Source: Microcoleus sp.
Lineage (GTDB): Bacteria > Cyanobacteriota > Cyanobacteriia > Cyanobacteriales > Microcoleaceae
Direction of reading: 5' to 3'
Assembly: GCA_052279835.1 (NCBI GenBank)
Contig: CP181291.1
Location: forward strand, 5,536,001 to 5,600,000
Length of the DNA: 64,000 nt
The notes below the pieces were generated by a model. That model had not been told where the DNA came from. It saw nothing but the letters and a program-made list of their open reading frames with translations, and made no database searches. Below, one piece after another: positions 62,239 to 64,000 of the stretch. The position numbers and the translations under genes were made by a program. Each line of letters starts with the position of its first letter. Positions within the stretch are counted from its first letter, which is position 1.

Positions 62239-62480
62239 GTAAGGAACCTCAGCTATCAAGGCGTGAGGCTGGAAAGAGAAATCTCGAAAGCCATCCTGAC
62301 GGGCCTCAGTCCTTCGCGGACTACGTTTTGAGAGTCACGACACCCTGTGGATGCGTAGCTAGTCAAGAGCTCTGTCGCTAGTAGTTAAACAGTCTTAAGG
62401 TAACAGAGTCAGTGCTGCTAGCCGTGCGCAAGCTCACTAAACATTGGCGAAGCTAACTTTACCCAGCAATGGGATTGGAG
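62239..62480 (+). ncRNA. HEARO/omega-RNA scaffold (IscB-associated), orphan
   Basis: 5' GTAAGGA pairs with TCCTGAC (62294-62300). Characteristic blocks in the expected order: GACTACGTT, GACACC, GGATGCG, GCTCTGTCG, GTTAAACAG, AACATTGGCGAAG and TTACCC. Confidence 0.8.
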
Positions 62481-62609
62481 ACAATCATATCTCCGCAGAG
62501 GGGCAACCATACCCCTCTACCCCGCAAGGGGAAAATGTAAAGCCGTCCACTGAAGGCGATGCACTGAGCGTAGCCGAAGGGACGGGGTTTCTACCCAATT
62601 TTCTGATGA
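62239..62609 (+). mobile_element. Non-autonomous IS200/IS605-superfamily (IscB-type) element lacking the iscB ORF
   Basis: The omega-RNA is followed within about 130 bp by a right-end-like GGACGGGGTTTCTACCC...GATGA. Confidence 0.65.
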
Positions 62610-62702
62610 GCAACAAAAAATGTAAAAAAATGTAAAGTACCACGTCGAGCCAACTTTTTCTTTTCAAAATAATTAAATTAAGTGATTGAGGTAAGTAGTT
62701 TT

Positions 62703-64000
62703 ATGCCCGCGACTGTCCCATTTGAACAGATTGACCGGATTGTGGGGAATCAACACCACGATCCATTTGAAGTGCTCGGCCCCCACGCGATCGAGGAAAA
62801 CGGCAAAAAAATCTGGGCCGTCCGAGTTTATCTGCCCAATGCGGATGCAGTATCGGTGGTATTGCCAGCATCGAGAACGGAACACCCGATGCAGTCAGTA
62901 CATCACCCTCATTTTTTTGAATGTGCGATCGAAATTCCCGAACTAGCTAACTACCAACTGCGAGTCAAAGAAGGAGAACACGAACGTTTTATCTACGATC
63001 CCTACGCCTTTCGATCGCCCAAACTCACAGAATTCGACCAGCATCTATTCTCCGAAGGTAATCACCACCGGATCTACGAAAAACTAGGGGCGCACCTCAC
63101 CCAAGTAGACGGCATCCCAGGAGTATATTTTGCAGTTTGGGCACCCAATGCGCGCAACGTCTCAGTTTTAGGCGATTTCAACTATTGGGACGGCCGCAAA
63201 CATCAAATGCGGAAGTCCCAAAATGGCATCTGGGAATTATTTATTCCGGGACTCGATGCGGGAACTCACTACAAATATGAAGTGAAAAACCAAGACGGAC
63301 ATCCCTATGAAAAGTCAGACCCCTACGGTTTCCAGCAAGAAGTACGACCAAAAACAGCATCCATAGTCACAGACTTAAACACCTACACTTGGAACGACAG
63401 CGCTTGGATCGAAAAACGGAGGCAGACAGACCCCCTGACACAGCCGATTTCCGTTTACGAATGCCACATCGGTTCTTGGCTCCATGCCGCCAGTGATGAA
63501 CCTTCAGTGTTGCCAAATGGTGACATAGAAAGGCTAGTCCAAGTTTCTGAACTGAAACCAGGGGCCCGGTTTCTGACTTATCGGGAATTAGCCGATAGAC
63601 TAATTCCTTACGTCAAAGATTTGGGATACACTCACATCGAAGTTCTACCAGTGGCAGAACATCCTTTCGACGGCTCTTGGGGTTATCAAGTGACGGGCTA
63701 TTTCGCCCCAACATCCCGCTACGGCAAACCAGAAGATTTCATGTATTTTGTTGACCAGTGTCACGCTGCGGGCATTGGTGTACTGGTGGACTGGGTACCG
63801 GGACATTTCCCCAAAGATGGACACGGTTTGGCCTTCTTTGATGGAACTCACTTGTACGAACACGCGGACCCGCGCAAAGGCGAACACAAAGAGTGGGGAA
63901 CCCTGGTATTTAACTACGGCCGCAACGAGGTGCGGAATTTCTTAGTATCTAACGCTCTTTTCTGGTTCGACAAATACCACATCGACGGAATTCGGGTAGA
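62703..64000 (+). CDS. glgB: 1,4-alpha-glucan branching enzyme, 3'-truncated by the window edge (not in the ORF track)
   Basis: MPATVPFEQIDRIVGNQHHDPFEVLGPH, FAVWAPNA, EHPFDGSWGYQ, DWVPGHFP and YHIDGIRV. Confidence 0.96.
   Translation, partial: MPATVPFEQIDRIVGNQHHDPFEVLGPHAIEENGKKIWAVRVYLPNADAVSVVLPASRTEHPMQSVHHPHFFECAIEIPELANYQLRVKEGEHERFIYDPYAFRSPKLTEFDQHLFSEGNHHRIYEKLGAHLTQVDGIPGVYFAVWAPNARNVSVLGDFNYWDGRKHQMRKSQNGIWELFIPGLDAGTHYKYEVKNQDGHPYEKSDPYGFQQEVRPKTASIVTDLNTYTWNDSAWIEKRRQTDPLTQPISVYECHIGSWLHAASDEPSVLPNGDIERLVQVSELKPGARFLTYRELADRLIPYVKDLGYTHIEVLPVAEHPFDGSWGYQVTGYFAPTSRYGKPEDFMYFVDQCHAAGIGVLVDWVPGHFPKDGHGLAFFDGTHLYEHADPRKGEHKEWGTLVFNYGRNEVRNFLVSNALFWFDKYHIDGIRV

Noticed and set aside
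62444..62667. Short ORFs after the omega-RNA as IscB remnants
   Set aside because: No PLMP, RRXRR, RuvC or HNH motifs.

Overview
64 kb of chromosome from a filamentous cyanobacterium, most consistent with Oscillatoriales/Microcoleaceae (inferred from very frequent HIP1 GCGATCGC sites, heptamer STRR-type tandem repeats, many REP/MITE-like palindromes, and cyanobacterial genes such as PSRP-3/ycf65, coaR-coaT and COP23). Most of it is housekeeping: obgE, gshA, trmL, a TrmJ-family methyltransferase, an EF-G paralog, cobK, cbiG-cobJ, peroxiredoxins, ftsL-like/ftsI, glgB, tRNA-Val(CAC) and tRNA-Met(CAT). Accessory content of most interest: (1) next to tRNA-Val, a co-oriented trio of Pol-beta nucleotidyltransferase, 1423-aa Upf1/DNA2-type helicase and HKD PLD-nuclease protein behind an operator-overlapped promoter (candidate defence or RNA/DNA-repair system); (2) a catalytically degenerate tandem RNase III protein without dsRBD, downstream of an unknown 231-aa protein; (3) an orphan HEARO/omega-RNA in an IscB-type element that has lost its nuclease gene; (4) a TerY vWA-PP2C pair whose likely kinase lies 30 kb away; (5) an IS630 cleanly interrupting an Rpn-family gene; (6) an orphan MvdC/D-like ATP-grasp ligase. 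Frameshifts are visible in cobK and one Uma2 gene. All calls come from motif reading only; no database searches were run.
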